From contig JBBRPR010000035.1 in NCBI GenBank assembly GCA_038227875.1, positions 22,336 through 86,335 on the forward strand: a DNA stretch of 64,000 nt, written 5' to 3'. The translations under genes and the position numbers were made by a program. This DNA is from Planctomycetota bacterium (lineage in GTDB: Bacteria > Planctomycetota > SZUA-567 > H5-PLA8). Below the pieces are notes generated by a model. The model was given only the letters and a program-made list of their open reading frames with translations. It ran no database searches and was not told the DNA's origin. Of this stretch, positions 28,773 through 39,096 are shown piece by piece (position 1 is the stretch's first letter; the number at the start of each line of letters is the position of its first letter).

Positions 28773-29915
28773 TCAGCTTTTGAGCAAGTTGCGCGCAATC
28801 ACCAAGCGCTGGATTTCGCTAGTGCCCTCATAAAGCGTCAGCACACGTGCATCGCGATAGAGGCGTTCGACGCGGTATTCGCGGCTGTAACCGTAGCCGC
28901 CGTGAACTTGGACGGCCCGATACGCCGAGCGATTGGCCGCTTCGCTGGAGAACAACTTCGCGACGGCGGCCTTGTCGGTAAACGGCTGACCGGATTTTTT
29001 AGTCCATGCCGCCGAGAGCGAGAGCGTTCGCGCCGCTTCGTGATCGACGACCGTGTCGGCGAGCATCCATTGGATCGCCTGCAGATCGGCGATCGGCTTG
29101 CCGAAGGCGATACGATCCTTGGCGTACTTCTTCATTTCGTCGAGACACGCCGCGATCAAACCGGTGCTCAAACTGGCGATGCCGATGCGACCAGAATCCA
29201 GGGCGCTCAGGGCGATCTTGATGCCCGAGCCTTCCGCGCCGAGTAGATTGGCGGCGGGAATCACGCAATTTTCGAAGGCGACTGCGCAGGAGTGGCTCGC
29301 GCGCTGGCCCATTTTCGGTTCGGATTTTCCGACGCTTAAGCCCGGCGTGTTGCCTTCGACAATGAACGCGCTGATGCCTTTGCGCTTGTCCGGAGATGGA
29401 TCGGTGACCGCGACGACCAAGTATGTGCCGGTCGCCGTGGCGTTGGAGATCCACGTTTTCTCGCCGTTGAGCACGTACGTCTCGCCTTTTTTCTCGGCGC
29501 GCGTGCGGATGGCCTGGACGTCGGAGCCGGCGTGCGGTTCGGTGAGCGCGAAGGCGCCGAGTCCTTCGGGCAGGTTCAGGCGACGGAGGTACTTTTCCTT
29601 CTGCGTGTCGTTGCCCCACTGCGAAATGGTTTCGGCGACGAGATTGTTGACGGAAAGAATCACGGCCGTGGAGGCATCGGCACGCGCGATTTCCATGATC
29701 GCCAGTGCGTACGCAACGGCGTCGAGCCCCGCGCCGCCATAGGTATCGGGAATGAGCATGCCCAGCAGACCGAGCTCCGCGAGACCGGCGATCGCCGCCG
29801 TCGGGAATTCCTCATGCGCATCGAGGTGCGCGGCCAGCGGGAGGAGTTTCTTCTCGGCAAAGTCGCGCGCGGTATCGCGGGCGGCTTGCTGTTCGTCGGT
29901 GAGATTCAGGTCCAT
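28773..29915 (-). CDS. Acyl-CoA dehydrogenase
   Basis: AFALTEPHAGSD, LNGEKTWISN, GRIGIA, QVHGGYGY, LYEGTSEIQR motifs. Confidence 0.95.
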   Translation of the reverse strand: MDLNLTDEQQAARDTARDFAEKKLLPLAAHLDAHEEFPTAAIAGLAELGLLGMLIPDTYGGAGLDAVAYALAIMEIARADASTAVILSVNNLVAETISQWGNDTQKEKYLRRLNLPEGLGAFALTEPHAGSDVQAIRTRAEKKGETYVLNGEKTWISNATATGTYLVVAVTDPSPDKRKGISAFIVEGNTPGLSVGKSEPKMGQRASHSCAVAFENCVIPAANLLGAEGSGIKIALSALDSGRIGIASLSTGLIAACLDEMKKYAKDRIAFGKPIADLQAIQWMLADTVVDHEAARTLSLSAAWTKKSGQPFTDKAAVAKLFSSEAANRSAYRAVQVHGGYGYSREYRVERLYRDARVLTLYEGTSEIQRLVIARNLLKS

Positions 29916-30020
29916 GGGGATATTAGAACGGGAGGAACTGCCATTTTCCATCGGTCATTTTCCATTTCCCATTTTCCATTTGGAACTACATCGCGCGCAG
30001 GACGAACGACGTGTGTTTAT

Positions 30021-30174
30021 GTGTCGGGGAGCAAGCGGCTGTTTGCTTGCTCCCTGCTCAGCGCAACTCAATTCCGCTAGAATACCCTCCTCGATAACAA
30101 GTTCCTAAACTGCTTGCGCGTGAGTCCCGAGCGCCAAGCAAGGAGCAAGCTAACGGCCGCTTGCTCCTTGACAC
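30021..30174. repeat. REPIN-like intergenic inverted repeat (second family)
   Basis: gtgtcggggagcaagcggctgtttgcttgctccctgct ... agcaaggagcaagctaacggccgcttgctccttgacac; each arm is itself palindromic. Confidence 0.75.
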
Positions 30175-30190
30175 ACAGCCGCACGCGGAT

Positions 30191-30253
30191 TCATCACTCA
30201 TCACTCATCACTCATCACTCATCACTCATCGCTCATCGCTCATCGCTCATCGT
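30191..30253. repeat. Heptamer array (TCATCAC)5(TCATCGC)3-4 overlapping a stop codon
   Basis: Nine period-7 units; supplies the final codons and TGA of 30240..31805. Confidence 0.95.
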
Positions 30254-31805
30254 TCGCTTTCAGTGTGGCGAGTTGTTTCCTGGCTTCTTCCACTGCGGCT
30301 TTGAAGCGGGCGAAGCGCGGGTCGAGGGCGGCTTCGAAGAAGGGGATGGACTCGGCGGCCAGGCCGCTGGCGCGGAGCGCTTGACCGGTGGTTACCAGGA
30401 GCGGGCCGGGAGTGACGTAGAACTCGTTGAAGTTCCAGCAGTGGCGCGCCTTATCCGTGGCGGAGGCGATGGTCAGGGCCAGCGTGCGCATCTCGTCGGG
30501 TTTGTGCTCGGTCGCGGCCTTGGTCCATTCGGGGAAGAGCGAATTGGCGAATTGGCCATAGGCAAACGCGTTGCGCGGCGCTTTCTGGGTGGCATCGAGC
30601 ATCACGTTGATTTCGCTGGCGAAGAGCATCCCGCGCATGAAGCCGAGCACGCCGACCACCAACAATACCAGCGCCCACACGGGCGGATGAAACGCGTCCT
30701 CACCGCGCGCCGTCGCGATTTTTTTGAGCAGAACTTCAACCAGCAGAGCCGCGCCGAGAAAGAGAAACGGCAGCGCCATGTATTGAAAGCGGTCGTAAGC
30801 GGGAAACGTGGTGGCGGAGACGTTGAGCATCGGCCCGAGCGCCAGCGCCCAGGCCAGGGCGCAGAAGATGAAGAGTTTGCGCTGGGCCGCGCCGGCAATG
30901 GCGATGCCGGCCGCAAAGAGCGCGATGACCGCGATCAGTTTTCCGAAAAACGCCGGGTCGCTGAATTCCAACACGCGGTCGAGATCCTGAAAGAAGCTCA
31001 CCGTCCACGGCAGAAATGCGGTGCGCAGGTAGATCAGCAACGTGCCGGGCAAGTTGAGCACTGTGTCGCGGGCGCTCCATGCAATGGCGTCTTCGGTATC
31101 GTGATTGGCACGCAGCGCGACATACGCAAAAAGCGCCGCGAGCGCGAGAAACGGAAGTGTCGCGAGCAGATTACGCTTCGGCGCAGCCTCGTTCGTGCCT
31201 GGTAGCAGTGGCGCGCAGAGTTCGTAGAGCAATACCAGCGGCCCGACGACGAGCGCAGGCGACTTGCCAAGCCCCGCCAGTCCGATTAACAAAAGTCCGC
31301 CAACGATGCGTACCGCGCGGGAGCGGTCCGTGTTAAAATAGAGCGCCAACGCCGCGAACGAAAACAGTCCGCACCACAGCGTTTTCTGTTCGGTGATCCA
31401 AGCGACAGATTCAGGCTGAATGGGATGGACCGCCCACAGCGCTGCCACGCCCAGCGCCAGCGTCGGACGGCGCGTGAGATTTTTGAGCATCGTAAAACAC
31501 GCCAGCGCCGCGCCCGCGTGGAGCAGGACGCTGAACAATCGGTACCCGATCGCATGCGCGCCAAAGACCTGCCACTGCGCCCAGATGAGCAACTCATGCA
31601 GCGGCGCGTAATGCCCAAAATGCGCTTTCGTAAAGATCCCCGACAGCGGCGCCGAACCGTTGATCGCCGGGTTATTCACGATCATCGAATGATCATCGAC
31701 CCAATAGAACGGCGCACCCAGTGAACCGAGTGCGGGAACGAAAGCAGCGACGACCAGCAGCGGAAGAGCGAAGCGCGAAACAAGCTCCGGCCGTTCATTC
31801 GCCAT
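30240..31805 (-). CDS. TMTC-like GT-C membrane glycosyltransferase
   Basis: WVDD...NNP, YAPL, HPIQPESVAWI, DRFQY motifs; many TM segments. Confidence 0.8.
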   Translation of the reverse strand: MANERPELVSRFALPLLVVAAFVPALGSLGAPFYWVDDHSMIVNNPAINGSAPLSGIFTKAHFGHYAPLHELLIWAQWQVFGAHAIGYRLFSVLLHAGAALACFTMLKNLTRRPTLALGVAALWAVHPIQPESVAWITEQKTLWCGLFSFAALALYFNTDRSRAVRIVGGLLLIGLAGLGKSPALVVGPLVLLYELCAPLLPGTNEAAPKRNLLATLPFLALAALFAYVALRANHDTEDAIAWSARDTVLNLPGTLLIYLRTAFLPWTVSFFQDLDRVLEFSDPAFFGKLIAVIALFAAGIAIAGAAQRKLFIFCALAWALALGPMLNVSATTFPAYDRFQYMALPFLFLGAALLVEVLLKKIATARGEDAFHPPVWALVLLVVGVLGFMRGMLFASEINVMLDATQKAPRNAFAYGQFANSLFPEWTKAATEHKPDEMRTLALTIASATDKARHCWNFNEFYVTPGPLLVTTGQALRASGLAAESIPFFEAALDPRFARFKAAVEEARKQLATLKANDER

Positions 31806-31877
31806 CCGCGCTAAAACCCCAAAACAAAATCCGTAACCGTTCTTTGCGTCTTAGCGGCTTTGCGTGAGATTGAAAAC

Positions 31878-33446
31878 TCACCGCATCCGCAAGCGGATCA
31901 GCCCCAGCCCCACCATCTTCAGCAGCATCCAGCCATGTTTGAAGCGGCTGATCTGCGTCTCGCCGTAGACGCGTTCGCGGTAGCGCACCGGCAGGTCGAC
32001 GATCTTCAGGCCGAGCTTCGACGCGCCGAAGAGCAGATCGAAATCGCCGAAGGGATCGAAGTTCCCAAAGTAGGCGCGCTGCTTCGCCAGGCGTTCGTAA
32101 TCAGTGCGCAGCAAAACCTTCGTGCCGCAGAGCGTGTCCTTGACGTGCTGACCGATCAAATACGAAAAGGCCATGCTGAAAAACTTGTTGCCGAGAAGAT
32201 TCAAGAAACGCATCGCCTTGCCTTCCATCGGGTAGACCAGGCGCGATCCGTTGACGAACTCCGCGCCGCCTTCGGCAATGACGTTGAAGAATTTCGGCAG
32301 GTCTTCGGGCACAACGGAGATGTCCGCGTCGAGGATCAGCAGCACGTCGCCCTTCGCTTTTTCAAAGCCGAGCCAGACCGCATCCTTCTTGCCCTTGCCC
32401 GTCTGCTTGTAGACGGAGATATCCATCTCGGGGTGATCGGCTTTCGCTTTCAAACAGGCGTCGTAGGTCTCGTCGGCGGAATTGCCTTCGACCAGGATCA
32501 GTTCGGTATGCGCGCCCATTTTCGGAAGACGTTCGACGATGCCCGGAATGTTCCCCGCTTCGTTGCGGCAGGGGCAGATTACCGAAACGGTGATCGGCTT
32601 GGCCAGCGCCACCGCAGCCGCCGGATTGTTCTTCGCCACGCCGGTCAATCCCGGAGCCAACGGCAGCCGCGCGACGATCCAGTTGGAGACGCAGAACCAT
32701 TTGAACGGCTTGAACGGCGCGAGGACCGTGTTGCAGAGCCCCGAAAGCAGCGGAATCCGCTTGGGCAGCAGCACGCGCGAATCAGTGCTGACGACTTCGA
32801 AGCCCGCGAGTCCGAGCAGGTTGGCGACATCCTCGGTCGTCACCCAATTGAGCGTTGGCTGGCGGTACTTCATCCCCAGCGCTTCGGCCATCGCGAGGAT
32901 CGGCTGCCAGAGCCGGCTGTGCATGTTGATGATCAGCCGCGTGCGCGCGTGGCAGAGCGGCTTCAAGTGTTCGAAGAGCGCGTGGATATCGAACGTGAAG
33001 CCGAGGAGATCGGAGAGAATAATGTAATCGAACGTTTCGCCCTTCCAATCGGCCTTCTCCGCCGCGACCGCTTCGAAGCGGAATTGCGGATACTTCTGCC
33101 GCGCGACGTTGACCATCTCGGGGCTCAGATCGATCCCGACGCCGACCGACGGTTGGAGCGCCGCGAGCATGTCGCCGGCGCCGCAGCCGATTTCAATCAC
33201 GCGCGAGCCGGGAACGACGTGGTAGCGGGCGATGCGTTCGAGTTCCTGGTGGTAGCCGAGATTCTTGTTGCGCCAATATTCGCGGTCCGGCGCGAAGTTG
33301 TCGAAGTAGCCTTGCAGCCGCTCGAGGCATTCGTCGAGCTCCGACGGGCGGTACGCTGCGCGCTCCCCATGCGTAATGGGACCGCTCGCCACGGGGGCGG
33401 GTGCCAGGGCGGTTTCCGGTTTGGGCTGCTCGAGGTCGGTCTTCAT
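31878..33446 (-). CDS. Class I SAM methyltransferase plus GT2 glycosyltransferase fusion
   Basis: EIGCGAG; SVICPCRNEAGNI, LDADIS, DTLCGTK motifs. Confidence 0.92.
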   Translation of the reverse strand: MKTDLEQPKPETALAPAPVASGPITHGERAAYRPSELDECLERLQGYFDNFAPDREYWRNKNLGYHQELERIARYHVVPGSRVIEIGCGAGDMLAALQPSVGVGIDLSPEMVNVARQKYPQFRFEAVAAEKADWKGETFDYIILSDLLGFTFDIHALFEHLKPLCHARTRLIINMHSRLWQPILAMAEALGMKYRQPTLNWVTTEDVANLLGLAGFEVVSTDSRVLLPKRIPLLSGLCNTVLAPFKPFKWFCVSNWIVARLPLAPGLTGVAKNNPAAAVALAKPITVSVICPCRNEAGNIPGIVERLPKMGAHTELILVEGNSADETYDACLKAKADHPEMDISVYKQTGKGKKDAVWLGFEKAKGDVLLILDADISVVPEDLPKFFNVIAEGGAEFVNGSRLVYPMEGKAMRFLNLLGNKFFSMAFSYLIGQHVKDTLCGTKVLLRTDYERLAKQRAYFGNFDPFGDFDLLFGASKLGLKIVDLPVRYRERVYGETQISRFKHGWMLLKMVGLGLIRLRMR

Positions 33447-33743
33447 TGAAAAGGAGTATATTTCAAAGGGAGTGAAAAGCCGAAGGAAAATGAGGGAGCG
33501 GGTCCTGGCTCTTGGCTCTTGGCTCTTGGGAGACCTGTCGGGCAAAGTGGCACCATTGGCGTGAGTTGGCGCCACAGGTACGGAGAATTCTGAGCGTAGC
33601 GAAGAATTATCCTTACCAGTGTGATCGCAGTGTGATCGTGGTGGTGAATAACATCCGGCCAAGGCACTGGCACCAAATTATTCCTGAGCCAGGAACCGCA
33701 TTAAACATTTACACACATAACACCTAAATTTGCGGAATTCGTA

Positions 33744-33771
33744 TTGACACGCCTATTTGTTAGGGTATTAT
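33744..33771 (+). promoter_or_regulatory. Sigma70-type promoter
   Basis: TTGACA-N16-TATTAT, then SD AAGGAG. Confidence 0.7.
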
Positions 33772-33797
33772 TTGGGTATCTAAGGAGAGCTTATGCC

Positions 33798-34028
33798 ATG
33801 AAACAAAACTATCTGCGCGCCAAGGACATGCTCATCGCCATCAAGCAGTTCTATGGCTACGACCTGGGAATGGCGACGCTCAACCGCTGGCGCAAGCGAC
33901 ACCCGCTGCCGTCGCCGGCGCAGTTGAAGGAACTCTGCCATTGGTTCGAGCACCGCATGTCGGAAAAGCGCGGCGGTGAAATGTTGATGCGCTCGACTGG
34001 GAAGCGGACGGCGCGACGGAAAAAGTGA
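33798..34028 (+). CDS. Small basic putative HTH protein (76 aa)
   Basis: Own promoter and SD; ATLNRWRKR segment resembles Xis/MerR-type HTH. Confidence 0.7.
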   Translation: MKQNYLRAKDMLIAIKQFYGYDLGMATLNRWRKRHPLPSPAQLKELCHWFEHRMSEKRGGEMLMRSTGKRTARRKK

Positions 34029-34113
34029 AGAGCGTGTTCCTTCACCAGATCGGGAAACTGTCCGGCCAAGGCACTGGCACCAGTTCCGAATATTCAGGCC
34101 GACGCCCCCGCAT

Positions 34114-35712
34114 TCACCGTAGTCCAGTTCCTTCCACTTGGCGCAGACCGGGCGTGCCGTCGAAAATCAGCAGGCGCGTCGCGATCTTGTCGATAAAAAA
34201 TCGATCGTGGCTGACCACCATCACGGCGCCGGGGAAATGGGCGAGCGCGCGCTCCATGACTTGCGTGCTGGTGAGGTCGAGGTGGTTCGTCGGCTCGTCG
34301 AGAATCAGCAGGCCCGCGCCGGAGAGCAGGCACAGCGCCAGCGCCACGCGCGCTTTCTGGCCGCCGGATAATTTTCCGATGCGCTGCTTCATGTCCAGTT
34401 CCGAGAAGCTGAACATCTCGATGAACTCCTTCACCTCTTTGCGTGGCGCGCTGGCGACGATGCCGTAATTGCCGCCGATCACTTTCGACAGCATCTCGTT
34501 GGGATCCAGATCGCGCAGGATGTGGTTGAACGAAACGCCCGAAAACGCGAAGCCGTTCCCGGTGCTCAGCCACTGCACGCTTCCGGCGCTCGGTTCTTCA
34601 TCGCCGGTGACGATCCGCAACAGGCTGCTCTTGCCACAGCCATTGGGGCCGACGATCGCCAACCGTTCGCCTTTGCTGATCGTCAAATTCAATCCGCGGA
34701 AGAGTTCCTGCCCGTCGTAGCTCTTGGCGAGGTCCTTGATGCGCAGCAGTTGTCCGGAGACGCGCAGATTTTCGTAGATACTGGTAATGATCCGCTCCAT
34801 CGGCGGCGGCTGAACGCTTTTGCGGATGTTGGCCAGTTTCCGCTTGAGCCACGCGTTGGGTGATTTCGCGGCCTCCTTACGGTCGTCGATCGCTTCCGCT
34901 TCGTACACGAGCAGTTCTTCCTCGTGGCGGTGCTGCGCCTCGATCATTTTCAGCCGCAGTTTCCGCTCGCGCACGTATTCGGCGAAGCTGCCAGGGTATT
35001 CGTGAATGTGGTAGTTCTCCAGCTCGACGATGCGAGTGACGATGCGTTCCAGGAAATGCCGGTCGTGCGAGACAACTAAAATGGCGCCGCGGAATTTCTT
35101 GATCCACGACTCCAGCCAGTCCATGCCTTCGACATCAAGGTAATTCGTCGGCTCGTCGAGCAGCAGCGCGTCGGGTTCTTCGAGCAGGATTTTCGCGAGC
35201 GCGGCGCGATTGCGCCAGCCGCCGGAGAGCTGCGCGATCTGGCGGTGCCGATGCTCTTCTTTAAAGCCCAGCTTGGAGAGCACCGTATCGATCTTGTTCT
35301 TCCAGTTCCAGCCGTCGCAGTGTTCGATTTTTTCGAGCAACTCCGCCTGGCGCGCGAGCAGCGCGTCCATGTCCTCCGGATCCTCGCCCATCTTCTGCTC
35401 AATCTGTTCGAGCTCGGTCATCATGGCCTTCACGTGGCCGAGCACGTCCTCAAGGATTTCCTGGATGCTCGCTTCGGAATCGAGTTCGGAAAATTGCGAG
35501 AAGTAGCCGATCTTGACGTTTGGTTCGAGCTCGACCTCGCCTTCCGTCGGCTCTTCGCGGCCGAGGAATAGATTCAGCAGCGTGGTTTTGCCGCAGCCAT
35601 TGGGACCAATCAGGCCGACGCGATCGCCTTCGCCCATGCGAAAGAAAATCTCTTTCAGCACGAGCCGGTCGTCGTACTTCTTGGTGACGTTCTTGATGCG
35701 AACCAGACTCAT
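34114..35712 (-). CDS. ABC-F family ATP-binding protein
   Basis: Two ABC cassettes (GPNGCGK, LSGG, LDEPTN), no TM segments. Confidence 0.95.
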   Translation of the reverse strand: MSLVRIKNVTKKYDDRLVLKEIFFRMGEGDRVGLIGPNGCGKTTLLNLFLGREEPTEGEVELEPNVKIGYFSQFSELDSEASIQEILEDVLGHVKAMMTELEQIEQKMGEDPEDMDALLARQAELLEKIEHCDGWNWKNKIDTVLSKLGFKEEHRHRQIAQLSGGWRNRAALAKILLEEPDALLLDEPTNYLDVEGMDWLESWIKKFRGAILVVSHDRHFLERIVTRIVELENYHIHEYPGSFAEYVRERKLRLKMIEAQHRHEEELLVYEAEAIDDRKEAAKSPNAWLKRKLANIRKSVQPPPMERIITSIYENLRVSGQLLRIKDLAKSYDGQELFRGLNLTISKGERLAIVGPNGCGKSSLLRIVTGDEEPSAGSVQWLSTGNGFAFSGVSFNHILRDLDPNEMLSKVIGGNYGIVASAPRKEVKEFIEMFSFSELDMKQRIGKLSGGQKARVALALCLLSGAGLLILDEPTNHLDLTSTQVMERALAHFPGAVMVVSHDRFFIDKIATRLLIFDGTPGLRQVEGTGLR

Positions 35713-35942
35713 CGTGACGCGCTCCACCGTTCCAAATGACAATCAAGACGCGAAGTCTACCGGATCGCGTCGGAATTGCTGCTCCGGCGCAGGGAGAAGA
35801 TGTTTTTTCTGGACATTTGCATGTGGAAAATGGCGACAGTTTGCCTCGAAGAATCCGATCCGGGACTTTTTCGTCTTCAATACATTCGACGAAAGAGTGT
35901 ATTACATCGCGGACCCTGATCTGGACTCCGGAGATTCCCGCA

Positions 35943-38717
35943 ATGCGCTTCGCCCTTTTAGTGTTGCTGTCCTGTCTGCTCGCGACTGCCTGCCACGCGG
36001 AAACCGCGACGCTCAAATCGACCGCGAATATCTGGGTGTCCGACGCGCCCAGCGAGGTGGACACCAGCGGCGGCAAGTGCGGTGTGTTCAAAATCAAAAG
36101 CATCCAGGAAATGGCGATGATCCGCTTTGACGCCACGCCGGCGAAGGGGAAGGAAGTCCTCAAGGCCCGCCTCTGGCTGCACCGCGAAGGCCCCGATCAG
36201 CTCCGCTACATCCGCATTTCCACGGTCGCGCAAAATTGGGAGCAGGGCACCGCGAGCGCCCCTTATAGTCCGGGCAACGGCGCGACGTACAACCACGCTG
36301 ACGCGGCCAGCAAGCGGCCGTGGACGTTTCCCGGATCACAGATCTGCGACGCCTGCATGTCGTCGGGGAATACGCTGGCGTCGTGGGCCGAACGCAAAGA
36401 AGAAGCGGAGGGCTGGATCTCCGTCGACGTGGCGCCCGATCTAATATACGCCCTGGTGGCCGGTGACACCGACGGCTTCGCTGTCTGCGATGGCGGCACC
36501 CTGCAACTGGCCAACAACATGATCGCCAGCGTCCAATCCGGGAAACCGCCGCGCCTCGAAGTCGAACTCGGTGCCGCGTTGATTGAAATCCCACTTCTGC
36601 CCGTCATCAAGGCCACGCCCGCGCTCGATCATGCCCACATGGATGCCGGCGCGATCAAGCTCAGCATCGCCGAATCCAAAGGCGTGCTGTGCTGGCAGAT
36701 GAAGAACAACGGCAAGCCCGTCGACCGCTGGCGCGTAGCTCATCCGGCGAAAAAAGGGCCGACGGAATTCTGGATCGAAGACCTGAAGCCGGAGGAGTCG
36801 TGCAATCTCGAAGTCACCGCCATCGCTCGCGGCGGCGCGGCCTCGCCAACCGTAAAAATCAGCCTGACGGCGTCGCCGGCGCTTGATGCGAAAGTTCAAC
36901 TCAATGAATTTCGAGAAACCAAATCCGCCGGCGAATCGCCCAGTGACGGAAAGATGAAGGTCTGGGCCTGTCCCGGGCTGCTGAAAGTCAGTCCAGAAAA
37001 ACCGGAGCTCCTCTTCAAGGACGAGGGCGGATCCGAACCGATCCAAAACGCCAACTCCGTCTGGAACGGCAAAGAGATTAGCCTTTTCGGCTGCAAAGGC
37101 GAATACGTTTCATACCAGCTCTGCATTGAGAAACTCGCCGAGCCGCTGAAGGGCATCGCCATAAAACCCGACGTATTGAAGTCCGCCGAGGGTACGACCA
37201 TTGGGCTCGGCGACATCGAACTTTCCCAAAACTGGTATGCACAGAACGGCGCGAAGCAGTGGCAGCCGGCGTACTGCCTGCCGCTGAAAGCCGATCAGAC
37301 TCTTGCGATTCCCGATGCCAAGCGCGCACTGGCCTCGCAGCAAAATCAAACCGTGTATGTCGACGTTTACATTCCCAAAGACGCCAAGCCCGGCGAATAC
37401 ATCGGCACGGTTTCGATTCAGGCCGAGAACGCCAAGACTGTCACACTGCCGGTCAAACTCACAGTGCTCGATTTTATGATGCCCGACAAGCTCAGCTTCT
37501 GGCCGGAACTCAACGGTTATTCGACGCCGCCGCACGTACAGGAATGTTTCGTCGCCGCGCACCAGCACCGCTGCGTGGTCAACCTCAACAACAGCGTGTG
37601 GGCGCCGGAACTGCAGGGCGCGGGCAAGGACATCAAAGTTGTGTGGGAGAATTTCGACAAGAACGCCGGTCTGCTCCTGTCCGGCGAACTGTACAAGAAC
37701 AACCGCCGCGCGAGCGTGCCGGTGGAGGTGATGTACCTGCCGTACGCAGACAGTTGGCCGACGCCGTTGACTCCGGAAACGTACAAGTATCCCGGGCACT
37801 GGCCGGGCCGCGGCGAGAAAGCCGACTTCATCACTCAGCAGATGCTGAAGGCGCCGTACATCGGCGATGCACTGAGCCAGTCTTACAAGGACGCGTTTCT
37901 CGCGGTCGAGAAGCAGTACATCGAACATTTCAAAGCAAAGGGGTGGAATCAGACGGAGATGCAGTGCTTCTTTGGCGGCAAGAGCACCCATCGCATCGAT
38001 TACGGCGCAAACATGTGGTGGACCACCGACGAGCCCTACCATTGGGAAGACTGGCTCGCGCTGCAATTTTTCTGCACGCTCTGGACGGAAGGCCGCGGCG
38101 ACGCGAGTTCGAAAGTGTGGGCTACGCGCGGCGACATTTCGCGACCCAACTGGCAGGGCCGCGTGCTCGACGGCGTGCTCAGCACGATGTACATCGGCGG
38201 ATTTTCATCGCCGGCCAGTTACCGCCGCGGCAAATTGCTTCACGAACAGACCGGCGTGAAAATCATGGCTTACGGCGGCGCCAATCCCGACACGGTCAGC
38301 AACACGCGCTCGGTGGTGCTGGAACTCAACACGTGGCTCAACGGTGCCAACGGCATTCTGCCGTGGCAATGTTTCGGCCCTGACGCCGCGCTGGATTCCA
38401 ACGACGCGCCGGCCGGAGGCGGCAATGCCTTGCTCGTCCCCGGCGACCGCCTCGGTCTTCCCGTGGCCGTCGACCTGCGCGTGAAAGCGTTGCGCGATGG
38501 CGAGCAGTTGATCGAATACCTGGCGCTGCTGGCGCAACAGCGTCACCTCGAACGCGAGCAGGTGAAAGCGCTGGTGCTGAAGGCGGTGAACCTCAAGGCC
38601 GGGCGCAAAGCCGGCGCTGGAGCCGACAACGCCGACGCGTTGGAATTCGGCTCACTGCCGGCGTGGCAGATTTCCGAACTGCGTCGCACGTTGGCCGAGC
38701 TGATTCTTGCGAAGTGA
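35943..38717 (+). CDS. Large secreted hypothetical protein (DNRLRE-like N-terminus, possible GH123-like C-terminus)
   Basis: Signal peptide; GEYVSYQL, VYVDVYIPKDAKPGEY, DEP and LRVKALRDG motifs. Confidence 0.65.
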   Translation: MRFALLVLLSCLLATACHAETATLKSTANIWVSDAPSEVDTSGGKCGVFKIKSIQEMAMIRFDATPAKGKEVLKARLWLHREGPDQLRYIRISTVAQNWEQGTASAPYSPGNGATYNHADAASKRPWTFPGSQICDACMSSGNTLASWAERKEEAEGWISVDVAPDLIYALVAGDTDGFAVCDGGTLQLANNMIASVQSGKPPRLEVELGAALIEIPLLPVIKATPALDHAHMDAGAIKLSIAESKGVLCWQMKNNGKPVDRWRVAHPAKKGPTEFWIEDLKPEESCNLEVTAIARGGAASPTVKISLTASPALDAKVQLNEFRETKSAGESPSDGKMKVWACPGLLKVSPEKPELLFKDEGGSEPIQNANSVWNGKEISLFGCKGEYVSYQLCIEKLAEPLKGIAIKPDVLKSAEGTTIGLGDIELSQNWYAQNGAKQWQPAYCLPLKADQTLAIPDAKRALASQQNQTVYVDVYIPKDAKPGEYIGTVSIQAENAKTVTLPVKLTVLDFMMPDKLSFWPELNGYSTPPHVQECFVAAHQHRCVVNLNNSVWAPELQGAGKDIKVVWENFDKNAGLLLSGELYKNNRRASVPVEVMYLPYADSWPTPLTPETYKYPGHWPGRGEKADFITQQMLKAPYIGDALSQSYKDAFLAVEKQYIEHFKAKGWNQTEMQCFFGGKSTHRIDYGANMWWTTDEPYHWEDWLALQFFCTLWTEGRGDASSKVWATRGDISRPNWQGRVLDGVLSTMYIGGFSSPASYRRGKLLHEQTGVKIMAYGGANPDTVSNTRSVVLELNTWLNGANGILPWQCFGPDAALDSNDAPAGGGNALLVPGDRLGLPVAVDLRVKALRDGEQLIEYLALLAQQRHLEREQVKALVLKAVNLKAGRKAGAGADNADALEFGSLPAWQISELRRTLAELILAK

Positions 38718-38791
38718 AAACAAAACCGGCAGACCAGAGTGATTCTGGACTGCCGGAATGAGTCTGAAAAACGCGTGGGTCGAAAAGGTTT

Positions 38792-38902
38792 TTACGCCTT
38801 CTTCGGCGCCTTGGCGGCATGCTTCTCCGCGGTGGCGTCCATCTTCATCTGGATGCGCCGCTTCTTCTTGCGTTCCCAACCGGTGTGCTTCTTCTGAGCC
38901 AT
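38792..38902 (-). CDS. Unannotated 36-aa Lys/Arg-rich protein MAQKKHTGWERKKKRRIQMKMDATAEKHAAKAPKKA
   Basis: SD AGGAG; promoter TTGCAT-N16-TACAGT (38956-38929); all Lys codons are AAG. Confidence 0.75.
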   Translation of the reverse strand: MAQKKHTGWERKKKRRIQMKMDATAEKHAAKAPKKA

Positions 38903-39096
38903 GGTCGATCTCCTATTTTTGTCGCCGCACTGTAGTCGGTGAGCCGGGAGATGCAAGAGGAAGGGGAAAGGGAGTCATTGGTCATTGGGTATTGGTCATC
39001 GGTCATTTTTTATTTAACGGCGCTTCGCCCTTGAGCGAGCATCCTCGAGGATTTAATTCCCATCCGCGTGCGTTTTTGAATTTTGAATTCTTAATT

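Larger units (their letters stand above)
33654..34082. repeat. Perfect 22-bp direct repeats flanking the small HTH-like gene
   Basis: TCCGGCCAAGGCACTGGCACCA at 33654-33675 and 34061-34082. Confidence 0.9.

Noticed and set aside
29916..29982. ORF-track start (MENG) of the acyl-CoA dehydrogenase
   Set aside because: That ATG is created by the CCATTTT heptamer array; the family-like N-terminus begins at 29915.
33654..34082. 22-bp repeat as a CRISPR repeat, tRNA 3' end or sigma54 site
   Set aside because: Only two copies, 407 bp apart; no T-arm geometry before the CCA; no GC at the -12 position.
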